Source of the DNA: Peptostreptococcaceae bacterium
Lineage (GTDB): Bacteria > Bacillota > Clostridia > Peptostreptococcales > Peptostreptococcaceae
Assembly: GCA_029983575.1 (NCBI GenBank)
Contig: JASBZE010000001.1
Location: 1-56,528, forward strand
Direction: 5' to 3'
Length of the DNA: 56,528 nucleotides
Below the pieces are notes generated by a model, which worked only from the letters and a program-made list of their open reading frames with translations, searched no databases and was not told where the DNA came from. Made by a program: the position numbers and the translations under genes. This document shows, piece after piece, positions 9,354 through 17,886 of this stretch. Numbering within the stretch: position 1 is the stretch's first letter; every line of letters begins with the position of its first letter.

Positions 9354-10724
9354 GTGAGTTTCAATGGAAAGAATGTGCTTATAATTGGTCTAGCTAGGAC
9401 TGGCCTTTCCACTTTAAAAAAATTAAATGACAGAGGTGTGAAAGTAAGCATAAATGATTCAAAAACAGAAGAAGAATTAAACGATATATTAAAAGAAGTA
9501 AGAAAAATTGGGGATTTTGATCTCATCCTAGGTGATAGACCGAAAAAATTAGACGAATACGATACCATGATAGTGTCTCCTGGAGTGCCTCTTGATTTAG
9601 ACTTTGTCAGAGAGTTTAAGTCAATGGGCAAGAGAGTAATAGGGGAGATAGAGCTCGCATATGAGCTAAATGACAGACCTAGAATATTAGGAATTACTGG
9701 AACTAATGGAAAGACTACGACGACATCACTTACTGGAGATATTTTAAAAAAGGCTGGCAAGGATGTATACGTAGTGGGCAATATCGGAAGCCCAGTTATA
9801 GATGTTATAGACAAGGCCGATGAAAATAGCTATTTAGTAACAGAACTTAGTTCTTTCCAACTTGAAAGTATAGAAAATTACAAGCCATATGCATCTAGTA
9901 TACTCAATATAACACCTGATCATTTAAACAGGCACCATACAATGGAAAATTACATGGAAGCTAAGTACAATGTATTTAGAAATCAAGATGAAAATAATTA
10001 CTGTATACTCAACTACGACGATGAGGAACTAAAGAAATTAAATAAAAGGGTAAAAGCGAATATACTATGGTTTTCTGTTAAGGAGAAAGTCGAAGGAATT
10101 TATCTAAATGGGGATGATATAGTAGTCAATATGCCAGGACAGGATGAATACGTAATTTGTAAGTTCTCCGAGATCAGTCTTCCTGGACTTCACAATCTAA
10201 ATAACAATATGGCTGCAATTCTCTTTGCCTTGGTGTGTGATATAGATAGAGATGTGATTACCGATGTTATCAAAAACTTCAAGGCCGTAGAACACAGACT
10301 TGAATACGTTGATGAGATAGGCGGGGTTAAATTTGTAAACGACTCAAAGGGAACAAACCCTGACTCTACTATTAAAGCTGTAAATGCTTACGATAACCCG
10401 CTGATTTTGATAGCTGGAGGATATGATAAAGAGAGTGACTTCGACGAGCTTATGAGTGAGGCAAAAAGAAACGTCAAAAGAATAGTAACCCTCGGCCAAA
10501 CATCTGACCAAATAGAGGAAAGTGCAAGAAAAAACGGAATAAATGATGTTGTTCATGCGGAAAATATGGCTCAAGCGGTAAAAATTGCGTATGACTCAGC
10601 TGTAAAAGGAGATACGGTTCTACTTTCACCAGCTTGCGCGAGTTGGGGAATGTACAATAATTACGAGGAAAGAGGAGTGGATTTTAAAGAGAATGTAGCG
10701 CGTATAAAATCCACAGGTAAGTAA
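9354..10724 (+). CDS. murD: UDP-N-acetylmuramoylalanine--D-glutamate ligase
   Basis: 456 aa. GTG start with an AGGAGG SD. N-terminal Rossmann-like motif VLIIGLARTG plus P-loop GITGTNGKTTTT. Located between mraY and murG. Confidence 0.92.
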   Translation: MSFNGKNVLIIGLARTGLSTLKKLNDRGVKVSINDSKTEEELNDILKEVRKIGDFDLILGDRPKKLDEYDTMIVSPGVPLDLDFVREFKSMGKRVIGEIELAYELNDRPRILGITGTNGKTTTTSLTGDILKKAGKDVYVVGNIGSPVIDVIDKADENSYLVTELSSFQLESIENYKPYASSILNITPDHLNRHHTMENYMEAKYNVFRNQDENNYCILNYDDEELKKLNKRVKANILWFSVKEKVEGIYLNGDDIVVNMPGQDEYVICKFSEISLPGLHNLNNNMAAILFALVCDIDRDVITDVIKNFKAVEHRLEYVDEIGGVKFVNDSKGTNPDSTIKAVNAYDNPLILIAGGYDKESDFDELMSEAKRNVKRIVTLGQTSDQIEESARKNGINDVVHAENMAQAVKIAYDSAVKGDTVLLSPACASWGMYNNYEERGVDFKENVARIKSTGK

Positions 10725-10726
10725 AG

Positions 10727-11824
10727 ATGAATATTATATTATCAGGTGGTGGCACAGGAGGCCACGTCTACCCAGCAATAGCGATCGCAAAAAAAATCAA
10801 GGAACTTAATCCAAGTGCCAATATATTGTTTGTTGGAACTAGGGCTGGTATAGAGAGTAAGTTAGTAAGAGAGAATGGTTTTGATATAGAATTTATTAGC
10901 GTCAAAGGACTTAAGAGAAAGATTGATTTCGATAATGTCAAGAGGATACTCATGGCTCTTAAAGCTCAAGGTGATGTCAAGAGGATAATAAAGAAATTTA
11001 AACCAGATCTCGTTATAGGAACAGGGGGCTATGTAAGTGGTCCTGTTTTGAGGCAGGCGAGCCAAATGGGTATAAATACTGTGGTTCACGAACAAAACTC
11101 ACACCCGGGAGTAACTAACAAACTACTTTCTAGAACAGTAAATCTGGTTCTAACAAGTTTTGAGGATTCTCATAAAAAATTTCCGGAGGTCGCTAGAAAA
11201 AAACTGGTCATGACGGGAAATCCAGTAAGAGATGAGATATTAAAGACGACTAGAGAGGAAGCTAGAAAAGCTCTAAATATAGATCCTGAAAAGAAAATGG
11301 TACTTTGTTATGGAGGAAGTGGGGGATCTCAAGAGATTGATGATGTAATCAAACCACTTATAGAAGAGTTGATTAAAATCGATGCGGCATTTATTTTTGC
11401 GACAGGGGAGATATACTTTGAATCGATGAAATCTAAGCTAGAGGGTCTAGAATTAAAGCCTTATCAAAGGGTGATACCTTATTTGGATGACATGGCAAAC
11501 GCACTAGCTGCATCAGATTTGGTGATAGGAAGTGCAGGCGCTATATCACTTGCCGAAATAACTGCAAAGGGAAAGGCGTCGGTAATAGTTCCTAAGGCTT
11601 ATACGGCGGAAAACCACCAGGAGTTTAATGCTAGAAGTCTTGAAAAAGCAGGTGCATCCATTTGTATTACAGAAGCTGAGCTTACTGAGAATAGCTTAAA
11701 AAACGCGGTCATGTCTATTCTGACTGATGAAGAAAAGCTAAGAAGTATGGATGAAGCCAGTCTGAAGATGGGTAAACCTGAAGCCCTTATGAGGATATAC
11801 GAAGAAATAAAAAAGTATTTATAA
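10727..11824 (+). CDS. murG: UDP-N-acetylglucosamine--N-acetylmuramyl-(pentapeptide) pyrophosphoryl-undecaprenol GlcNAc transferase
   Basis: 365 aa. N-terminal GGGTGGHVYPAIAIA signature of MurG. Confidence 0.93.
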   Translation: MNIILSGGGTGGHVYPAIAIAKKIKELNPSANILFVGTRAGIESKLVRENGFDIEFISVKGLKRKIDFDNVKRILMALKAQGDVKRIIKKFKPDLVIGTGGYVSGPVLRQASQMGINTVVHEQNSHPGVTNKLLSRTVNLVLTSFEDSHKKFPEVARKKLVMTGNPVRDEILKTTREEARKALNIDPEKKMVLCYGGSGGSQEIDDVIKPLIEELIKIDAAFIFATGEIYFESMKSKLEGLELKPYQRVIPYLDDMANALAASDLVIGSAGAISLAEITAKGKASVIVPKAYTAENHQEFNARSLEKAGASICITEAELTENSLKNAVMSILTDEEKLRSMDEASLKMGKPEALMRIYEEIKKYL

Positions 11825-11891
11825 ATAGAGTTTGATAAATTTTCCATGAAATAAGAAAGTATTTATAAATAAAGTTTGATAAATTTTCCAT
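11813..11891. repeat. Tandem duplication: two 35-nt copies (11813-11847 and 11857-11891), 1 mismatch, period 44 bp. The first copy includes the last murG codons and the stop.
   Basis: aagtatttataaatagagtttgataaattttccat versus aagtatttataaataaagtttgataaattttccat. Confidence 0.9.
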
Positions 11892-12016
11892 ATAATGTAC
11901 AAAAAATCAAAATTATATGGTAGAATTAATTAAAAATATTGCAATTACATAGCAATTAGAAGTATTATATAATAGACAGGATATAAATAACATAATGATA
12001 GGTAGGGAGGATTATT

Positions 12017-13210
12017 ATGCTGAATTTTGATAACGAATACGATGCGGGCTTGGCAAAAATAAAAGTCGTTGGTGTTGGCGGCGGCGGAAATAACGCTGTT
12101 AACAGGATGATAGACGCTGGGCTAAGCGCAGTGGAATTTATTGTTTTGAATACAGATATGCAGGCTTTGGGCAAATCTAAGGCAGATAATAAGGCTCAGA
12201 TTGGTGAAAAATTAACTAAGGGTCTTGGAGCTGGAGCTAACCCAGAGATAGGAGCTAAGGCAGCTGAGGAGAGCGTTGAAGATATCAAAGCTATGCTGGA
12301 AGGTTCTGACATGGTATTTGTAACTGCTGGAATGGGCGGTGGAACAGGTACTGGAGCAGCTCCTGTTGTAGCTAGAGTAGCTAAGGATCTAGGAGCGCTA
12401 ACAGTTGGTGTAGTTACTAAGCCTTTTGTATTTGAAGGAAAGGTTAGAAATGACAATGCTACAAAGGGTATAGAAGAGCTAAAGAACAGCGTTGACGCCC
12501 TGGTAGTAATACCAAATGAAAAACTTCTCGGTCTCGCTCAAAAGAATACATCTTTCTTAGAGGCATTCTCTATTGCCGACGAAGTATTAAAGCAAGGAAT
12601 CAAATCAGTTTCTGAACTTATAGCTGAACCTGCTATGCTAAACCTAGACTTCGCGGACGTAACTACTATAATGAAAGACAAGGGATTTGCTCATATGGGT
12701 ATGGCTACTGCAAGCGGAGAGAACAAGGCTGTAGAAGCTTTAAAGAAAGCAATAGACTCACCACTTACAGAGACGTCAATAAATGGAGCAAAGGGAGTTA
12801 TATTAAACTTCATAGGTGGACCAGATCTACCAATACTAGAATGTAACGAAGCAGCTATGATGGTCAAGGAAATGTGTGACCCTGATGTAAACTTGATATT
12901 TGGTATTATGATCAAGGAAGACTTCGGAGATAATGTATCTGTTACTGTTATAGCAACTGACTTAGCAGACGATAAATCTACAGTTGCAAAAAAAGACGTT
13001 CAAAAGCCACAGACTAGACAACAAAGTCGTAAGGTTGAATCAAGACCATCTGAAACAAGAGCGTCAAATATAAGTCAACCTTTTAGTGAGGAAGATGAAC
13101 ATGAAGTAGAAGATGATTACTTTGATGATGCGGATTTTGAAAGTGCTCAAACTGCTGATTTGGAGGACGATACTGAGATGGTAATCCCATCTTTCTTAAG
13201 AAAGAGATAG
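12017..13210 (+). CDS. ftsZ: Cell division protein FtsZ
   Basis: 397 aa. Tubulin signature [13 protein letters not shown]. Acidic linker and conserved C-terminal peptide ...[16 protein letters not shown]. Confidence 0.97.
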   Translation: MLNFDNEYDAGLAKIKVVGVGGGGNNAVNRMIDAGLSAVEFIVLNTDMQALGKSKADNKAQIGEKLTKGLGAGANPEIGAKAAEESVEDIKAMLEGSDMVFVTAGMGGGTGTGAAPVVARVAKDLGALTVGVVTKPFVFEGKVRNDNATKGIEELKNSVDALVVIPNEKLLGLAQKNTSFLEAFSIADEVLKQGIKSVSELIAEPAMLNLDFADVTTIMKDKGFAHMGMATASGENKAVEALKKAIDSPLTETSINGAKGVILNFIGGPDLPILECNEAAMMVKEMCDPDVNLIFGIMIKEDFGDNVSVTVIATDLADDKSTVAKKDVQKPQTRQQSRKVESRPSETRASNISQPFSEEDEHEVEDDYFDDADFESAQTADLEDDTEMVIPSFLRKR

Positions 13211-13217
13211 GTAAGTT

Positions 13218-13712
13218 ATGGAGTGCCCATTTTGTAAATACAAAGACTCTAAGGTTATAGATTCGCGTCATACCGATATCAACTCCATCAGGAGGAGAAG
13301 AGAGTGCGAAAACTGTAAAAAAAGATTTACGACTTATGAGAGAATTGAACAGACTCCTATCATGGTCATCAAAAAGGACAAGAGGAGAGAGGAATTTAAT
13401 CGAGATAAGATAAAATCCGGCATAATTCGTTCCTGCGAAAAAAGACCTATAAGTGTTCAACAGATCGACAATGTCGTAAATAAGATTGAATCTGATATCA
13501 GAAGAGACTATACTGACGAGGTAGATTCGAGCATAGTCGGCAACATAGTTATGGAAAATTTAAAAGAACTTGATGAGGTTGCCTATGTGAGGTTTGCTTC
13601 TGTATATAGGGAATTTAAAGATATTGAGACATTTATGAAAGAGCTTAATCTCATGCAAACTGAGCGCACTAAGGGAGAACTAAGTCAAGGTAAGAAAGAA
13701 AATAAAAAATAA
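13218..13712 (+). CDS. nrdR: Transcriptional repressor NrdR
   Basis: 164 aa. Zinc ribbon MECPFCKYKDSKVIDSR...CENCKKRFTTYE followed by an ATP-cone. Confidence 0.95.
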   Translation: MECPFCKYKDSKVIDSRHTDINSIRRRRECENCKKRFTTYERIEQTPIMVIKKDKRREEFNRDKIKSGIIRSCEKRPISVQQIDNVVNKIESDIRRDYTDEVDSSIVGNIVMENLKELDEVAYVRFASVYREFKDIETFMKELNLMQTERTKGELSQGKKENKK

Positions 13713-13725
13713 AATAGTCAATTTG

Positions 13726-13756
13726 GGGTAGACCTTAGGGTTTACCCTTATTTTTA
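13726..13756 (+). terminator. Intrinsic terminator after nrdR
   Basis: GGGUAGACC / GGUUUACCC form a 9-bp stem (one G-U pair) with a 4-nt loop, followed by UUAUUUUUA. Confidence 0.7.
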
Positions 13757-13765
13757 TGGTATAAT
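13757..13765 (+). promoter_or_regulatory. Extended -10 promoter element (TGgTATAAT) upstream of der
   Basis: Exact TGnTATAAT match directly after the nrdR terminator, about 55 nt upstream of the der start. Confidence 0.5.
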
Positions 13766-13819
13766 ATCATGGACAGAGTTTTATTTAATATCAAAAAACT
13801 TTAGTTAGGAGGAAATTTT

Positions 13820-15148
13820 ATGAGTGGAAATAGACCTATTGTCGCCATTGTCGGCAGGCCGAACGTTGGTAAATCTACCATATTCAATAGACTTGCAGGC
13901 CAGAGAATATCAATAGTGGAAGATACACCGGGTGTTACGAGAGACAGGATATTCGCAGAAGTAGAATGGTTAGACAAATACTTTACTATTATAGATACAG
14001 GCGGTATAGAACCGAATACAGATGACATTATACTATCACAAATGAGAAATCAAGCTATGTTGGCTATGGACATGGCGCATATCATTTTGTTTATAGTCGA
14101 TGGCAAGACCGGTATAACTGGTGCAGACAAGGAGATAGCACAACTTTTAAGAAAGACTAACAAGCCAGTAATACTAGTTTGTAATAAGGTTGACAATATT
14201 AATAAATTAGATAATATATACGACTTTTACGAGCTTGGACTTGGTACTCCACATCCAGTTTCAGGGGCCAACTCCATGGGACTCGGGGATCTACTCGATG
14301 AGGTAGTTGAGAATTTCCCTGCAGACTTAGATGTTGAACTAGATGAGGACATTGTAAAAGTCGCCATTACAGGCAAGCCAAATGCGGGAAAAAGTTCCAT
14401 ATTAAATGCGATTTTAGGAGAGAATAGAGTAATAGTTTCTCCAATAGCAGGAACTACTAGAGATGCTATAGACACGTATTTTGAACTTGGAGAGAATAAA
14501 TACATGTTAATAGATACTGCAGGAATAAGGAGAAAGAGCAAGGTTTATGAGAATGTTGAGAGATTTTCAGTAATAAGGGCTATGTCTGCGGTGGATAGGG
14601 CTGATGTAGTTCTCATCGTTATAGACGCTGAAGAAGGTGTAACTGAACAGGATACCAAAATCGCCGGTATAGCTCACAACGAAGGAAAGGCCTGCATTTT
14701 TGTAGTCAATAAATGGGATTTAGTAAATAAGGACAACAAGAGCGTCTCAAATTATACGAGAAGCATAAAAGAAAAGTTTCCGTTTATGCCTTACGCTCCG
14801 ATTCTATTTGTTTCAGCACTTACAAAAAAGAGGATAGATAAAATCTTAGACAAGGTGGACTATGTTTCAGAAGAAGCCGCCAAGAGGATATCTACATCTG
14901 TTATCAACGAAATTGTAGCAGAGGCTGTTATGATGAATCAACCTCCATCAGATAAGGGTAAGAGGTTAAAGATATACTACGCTACACAGACAGGGGTTAA
15001 ACCTCCAAAGTTTACTTTATTTATAAACGATTATAAGCTTTGCCACTTCTCATACATAAGGTACTTAGAGAATAAGATCAGGGAAAACTTTGGATTTGAA
15101 GGAACTCCTATAAAAATGGAATTAAAGGAAAAGAAAAAGAGAAGGTAG
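13820..15148 (+). CDS. der: Ribosome biogenesis GTPase Der (EngA)
   Basis: 442 aa with two tandem GTPase domains (GRPNVGKST and GKPNAGKSS P-loops) and a KH-like C-terminus. Confidence 0.95.
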   Translation: MSGNRPIVAIVGRPNVGKSTIFNRLAGQRISIVEDTPGVTRDRIFAEVEWLDKYFTIIDTGGIEPNTDDIILSQMRNQAMLAMDMAHIILFIVDGKTGITGADKEIAQLLRKTNKPVILVCNKVDNINKLDNIYDFYELGLGTPHPVSGANSMGLGDLLDEVVENFPADLDVELDEDIVKVAITGKPNAGKSSILNAILGENRVIVSPIAGTTRDAIDTYFELGENKYMLIDTAGIRRKSKVYENVERFSVIRAMSAVDRADVVLIVIDAEEGVTEQDTKIAGIAHNEGKACIFVVNKWDLVNKDNKSVSNYTRSIKEKFPFMPYAPILFVSALTKKRIDKILDKVDYVSEEAAKRISTSVINEIVAEAVMMNQPPSDKGKRLKIYYATQTGVKPPKFTLFINDYKLCHFSYIRYLENKIRENFGFEGTPIKMELKEKKKRR

Positions 15149-15151
15149 ACT

Positions 15152-15757
15152 ATGTATATAATTTTAATATTACTTATCTCGTATTTCATAGGCACGATTT
15201 CGACTTCCTATATTGTGGCAAAGAGGATGAGCGGAAAAGACATCAGGACTATGGGTTCTGGAAATGCGGGAACTTCTAACGTTCTTAGAAATTTGGGTAA
15301 AAAAGCCGGAGCGATTACATTTGCTGGTGATGTACTAAAAGGGGTACTTGCTGTAGTCATAGCTATATTGATTTCAAAATACACAGGCAGCGATATAGGA
15401 CTTTTAAAATTATTCGCCGTAATTGGAGTTGTTTGCGGGCATAACTGGCCGGTTCATATGGGATTTAAAGGAGGTAAAGGAGTGGCGACCTCTCTTGGGG
15501 CTATGTTAGTCGTATCTCCAGTGGTGACGCTTACGAGCTTGCTTTTGTTTATAATTATAGTGATATTGACCAAATATATAAGCTTGGGTTCGGTTGTGTC
15601 AATAACACTATCTCCATTATTCTCCCTTATGTATCACAAGCCTAGATTGTACACTTTTGCATGTGTGTTTTTAGCACTTGTGACGATATTTTCGCATAGA
15701 CAAAATATTATTAGGCTCATTAACGGCAATGAGAGAAAATTAGGACAGAAAGGATAG
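15152..15757 (+). CDS. plsY: Glycerol-3-phosphate acyltransferase PlsY
   Basis: 201 aa membrane protein with GSGNAGTSNVLR and HNWPV...GGKGVAT motifs. Confidence 0.92.
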   Translation: MYIILILLISYFIGTISTSYIVAKRMSGKDIRTMGSGNAGTSNVLRNLGKKAGAITFAGDVLKGVLAVVIAILISKYTGSDIGLLKLFAVIGVVCGHNWPVHMGFKGGKGVATSLGAMLVVSPVVTLTSLLLFIIIVILTKYISLGSVVSITLSPLFSLMYHKPRLYTFACVFLALVTIFSHRQNIIRLINGNERKLGQKG

Positions 15758-15780
15758 GATAATAATCCTGAGGTGGTATT

Positions 15781-16803
15781 ATGGATAAACTAAGTGTAAT
15801 AGGTGCCGGCAGCTGGGGTTGCGCCCTGGCATTAGAATTAGCCGACAAGGGGTATGACGTTAGTATGTTTACCCTTAGCCAATCTCAAGCTGATGAGATA
15901 AATAAAGAAAAGAAAAATGAGGCGTTTTTGCCTGGGGTAGAGTTCCCAGACAATATATTTGTTTCAACGGATATGGAAGAGGTAGCAAAGGACGCTAAAA
16001 TAATAGTAATGGGAGTTCCATCACAACAACTCAGAAATGCTCTGACAAACCTCAAGCCATTTTTAAAGCAAGAACAGGTACTTGTAGGAGTGTCAAAGGG
16101 AATTGAGATTGGTACGGGGCTTAGGATGAGTCAGATAGCCGAAGAAGTGGTTCCATACAATACATATGTAGCCTTAACTGGGCCTTCACATGCAGAAGAG
16201 GTTTCAAGGGGAATACCGACAGCTGTCGTAGTTTCATCAAAAGATATGAAAAAGGCTGAAATGGTAAGAGATTATTTTATGAGCCCAACTTTTAGAGTGT
16301 ACTTAAACAATGACTTAGTTGGAGCAGAGTTAGGAGGGGCATTAAAAAACATAATAGCCTTCGGTGCTGGTATAAGCGACGGAATAGGCTATGGAGACAA
16401 TGCCAAGGCTGCTCTCATGACTAGGGGGATCAGTGAAATAAGTAGGCTAGGTGTTGCTATGGGTGCTGAACCAAATACTTTCTTTGGGCTTACTGGGGTT
16501 GGAGACCTAATAGTTACTTGTACTTCGATGCACTCAAGAAACAGAAGAGCAGGTATTTTGTTGGGGCAAGGAAAATCAATGGAAGAAACTCTAGAAGAGG
16601 TCAAGATGGTAGTTGAAGGAGTGGTAGCTACTGAGGTGGCATATGAGATATCTAAAAAAATGGGTATAGAGATGCCGATAACTACTGCAATATACAATGT
16701 CATCAAGGGTAAGGTCACACCTAAAGACGCTGTATTTAACCTAATGACGAGGGAAAGGCAAACCGAGTTTGAGGAAATATATAATCTCAATAAGAATAAA
16801 TAA
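15781..16803 (+). CDS. gpsA: NAD(P)H-dependent glycerol-3-phosphate dehydrogenase
   Basis: 340 aa. N-terminal VIGAGSWGCALA Rossmann motif and GALKNIIA motif. Confidence 0.93.
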   Translation: MDKLSVIGAGSWGCALALELADKGYDVSMFTLSQSQADEINKEKKNEAFLPGVEFPDNIFVSTDMEEVAKDAKIIVMGVPSQQLRNALTNLKPFLKQEQVLVGVSKGIEIGTGLRMSQIAEEVVPYNTYVALTGPSHAEEVSRGIPTAVVVSSKDMKKAEMVRDYFMSPTFRVYLNNDLVGAELGGALKNIIAFGAGISDGIGYGDNAKAALMTRGISEISRLGVAMGAEPNTFFGLTGVGDLIVTCTSMHSRNRRAGILLGQGKSMEETLEEVKMVVEGVVATEVAYEISKKMGIEMPITTAIYNVIKGKVTPKDAVFNLMTRERQTEFEEIYNLNKNK

Positions 16804-16840
16804 ATCAATTGATAAAGTATAAATCTTAAATAATCCTTTA

Positions 16841-16880
16841 AAAATGGCTGTATAGAAATATTCGATACAGCCATTTTTGT
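16841..16880 (+). terminator. Intrinsic terminator after gpsA
   Basis: aaaatggctgtat / atacagccatttt form a 13-bp stem, followed by a T-run. Confidence 0.8.
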
Positions 16881-16980
16881 ATATTGATATTCTGAATTGA
16901 AAATTTACGCAAATTTTACATAAACCTTACATTGCTAATTTAAAATATACTTAGGGTTATTGATTAGAATGGGAGGAAAT

Positions 16981-17883
16981 ATGGGACTAAATGACAGATA
17001 CGCAGTGATCGATATAGGATCAAACACCGTAAGATTCAACATTTATAAGCAAACCAGCAAGTCTTATAAATCGATATTCAACAAAAAAAATTTTGCAGGA
17101 CTAAGATCATATGTAGTTGATAATATGATGAGTGAGGCCGGTGTGAGCAAACTTATAAAGATATTAAGTAAGTTTGATAAGATCATATCCGATTTAGGCG
17201 TTAAGGAAAAGTATATCTTTGCGACTGCAAGTATAAGAAATATTGAAAATTCCGATTACGTACTCAGAAAGGTAAAAAAGGAAACCGGACTTAAAGTAGA
17301 GTTATTGAGCGGAGAACAGGAGTGTTATTGCGACTACCTAGGGGTCAGAGACGAGGTCATCGTCGAATCGGGATATATAGTCGATATAGGCGGTGGATCA
17401 GCAGAAATCATTTTGATTAAAGACGGGGGATACTATAAGGGCGTTTCTATTCCTGAGGGTTCTCTATCTCTTTATACGAAATTCGTAAGCGGTGTGATCC
17501 CAACAGGAGAAGAATGCAAGACTATGATCAACCATGTCAGGAAAATACTAAAAGAAAATGAAATGGCGAAGTTGAGTACAGAAGATGTATATGGAATCGG
17601 AGGTACGGTTCGTGCATGTGGGAACATAGTTCAGGAAGTTTATGACAAGGAAGATAACAAAAGCGCCGACATTTTGCAGATAAAAGAAATTATTAGTAAA
17701 TATATTGATGGCGATCAGGTAGTTATCAAAAAATCCTTGCAAGTAACTCCAGAGAGGATACACACTCAGGTTCCAGGAATGATAATACTATCAGAACTCA
17801 TGATGTATTATGGATTAAAAAATCTAACCGTTTGTAAAAATGGAGTTAGAGAAGGATATTTGTACTACAGAAGGAAGGATTAA
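16981..17883 (+). CDS. ppx: Ppx/GppA-family exopolyphosphatase (N-terminal ASKHA domains only)
   Basis: Product begins MGLNDRYAVIDIGSNTVRF, the Ppx/GppA phosphate-1 motif. A GGGAGGA SD favours the ATG at 16981 over the TTG at 16960. Confidence 0.85.
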   Translation: MGLNDRYAVIDIGSNTVRFNIYKQTSKSYKSIFNKKNFAGLRSYVVDNMMSEAGVSKLIKILSKFDKIISDLGVKEKYIFATASIRNIENSDYVLRKVKKETGLKVELLSGEQECYCDYLGVRDEVIVESGYIVDIGGGSAEIILIKDGGYYKGVSIPEGSLSLYTKFVSGVIPTGEECKTMINHVRKILKENEMAKLSTEDVYGIGGTVRACGNIVQEVYDKEDNKSADILQIKEIISKYIDGDQVVIKKSLQVTPERIHTQVPGMIILSELMMYYGLKNLTVCKNGVREGYLYYRRKD

Positions 17884-17886
17884 AAA

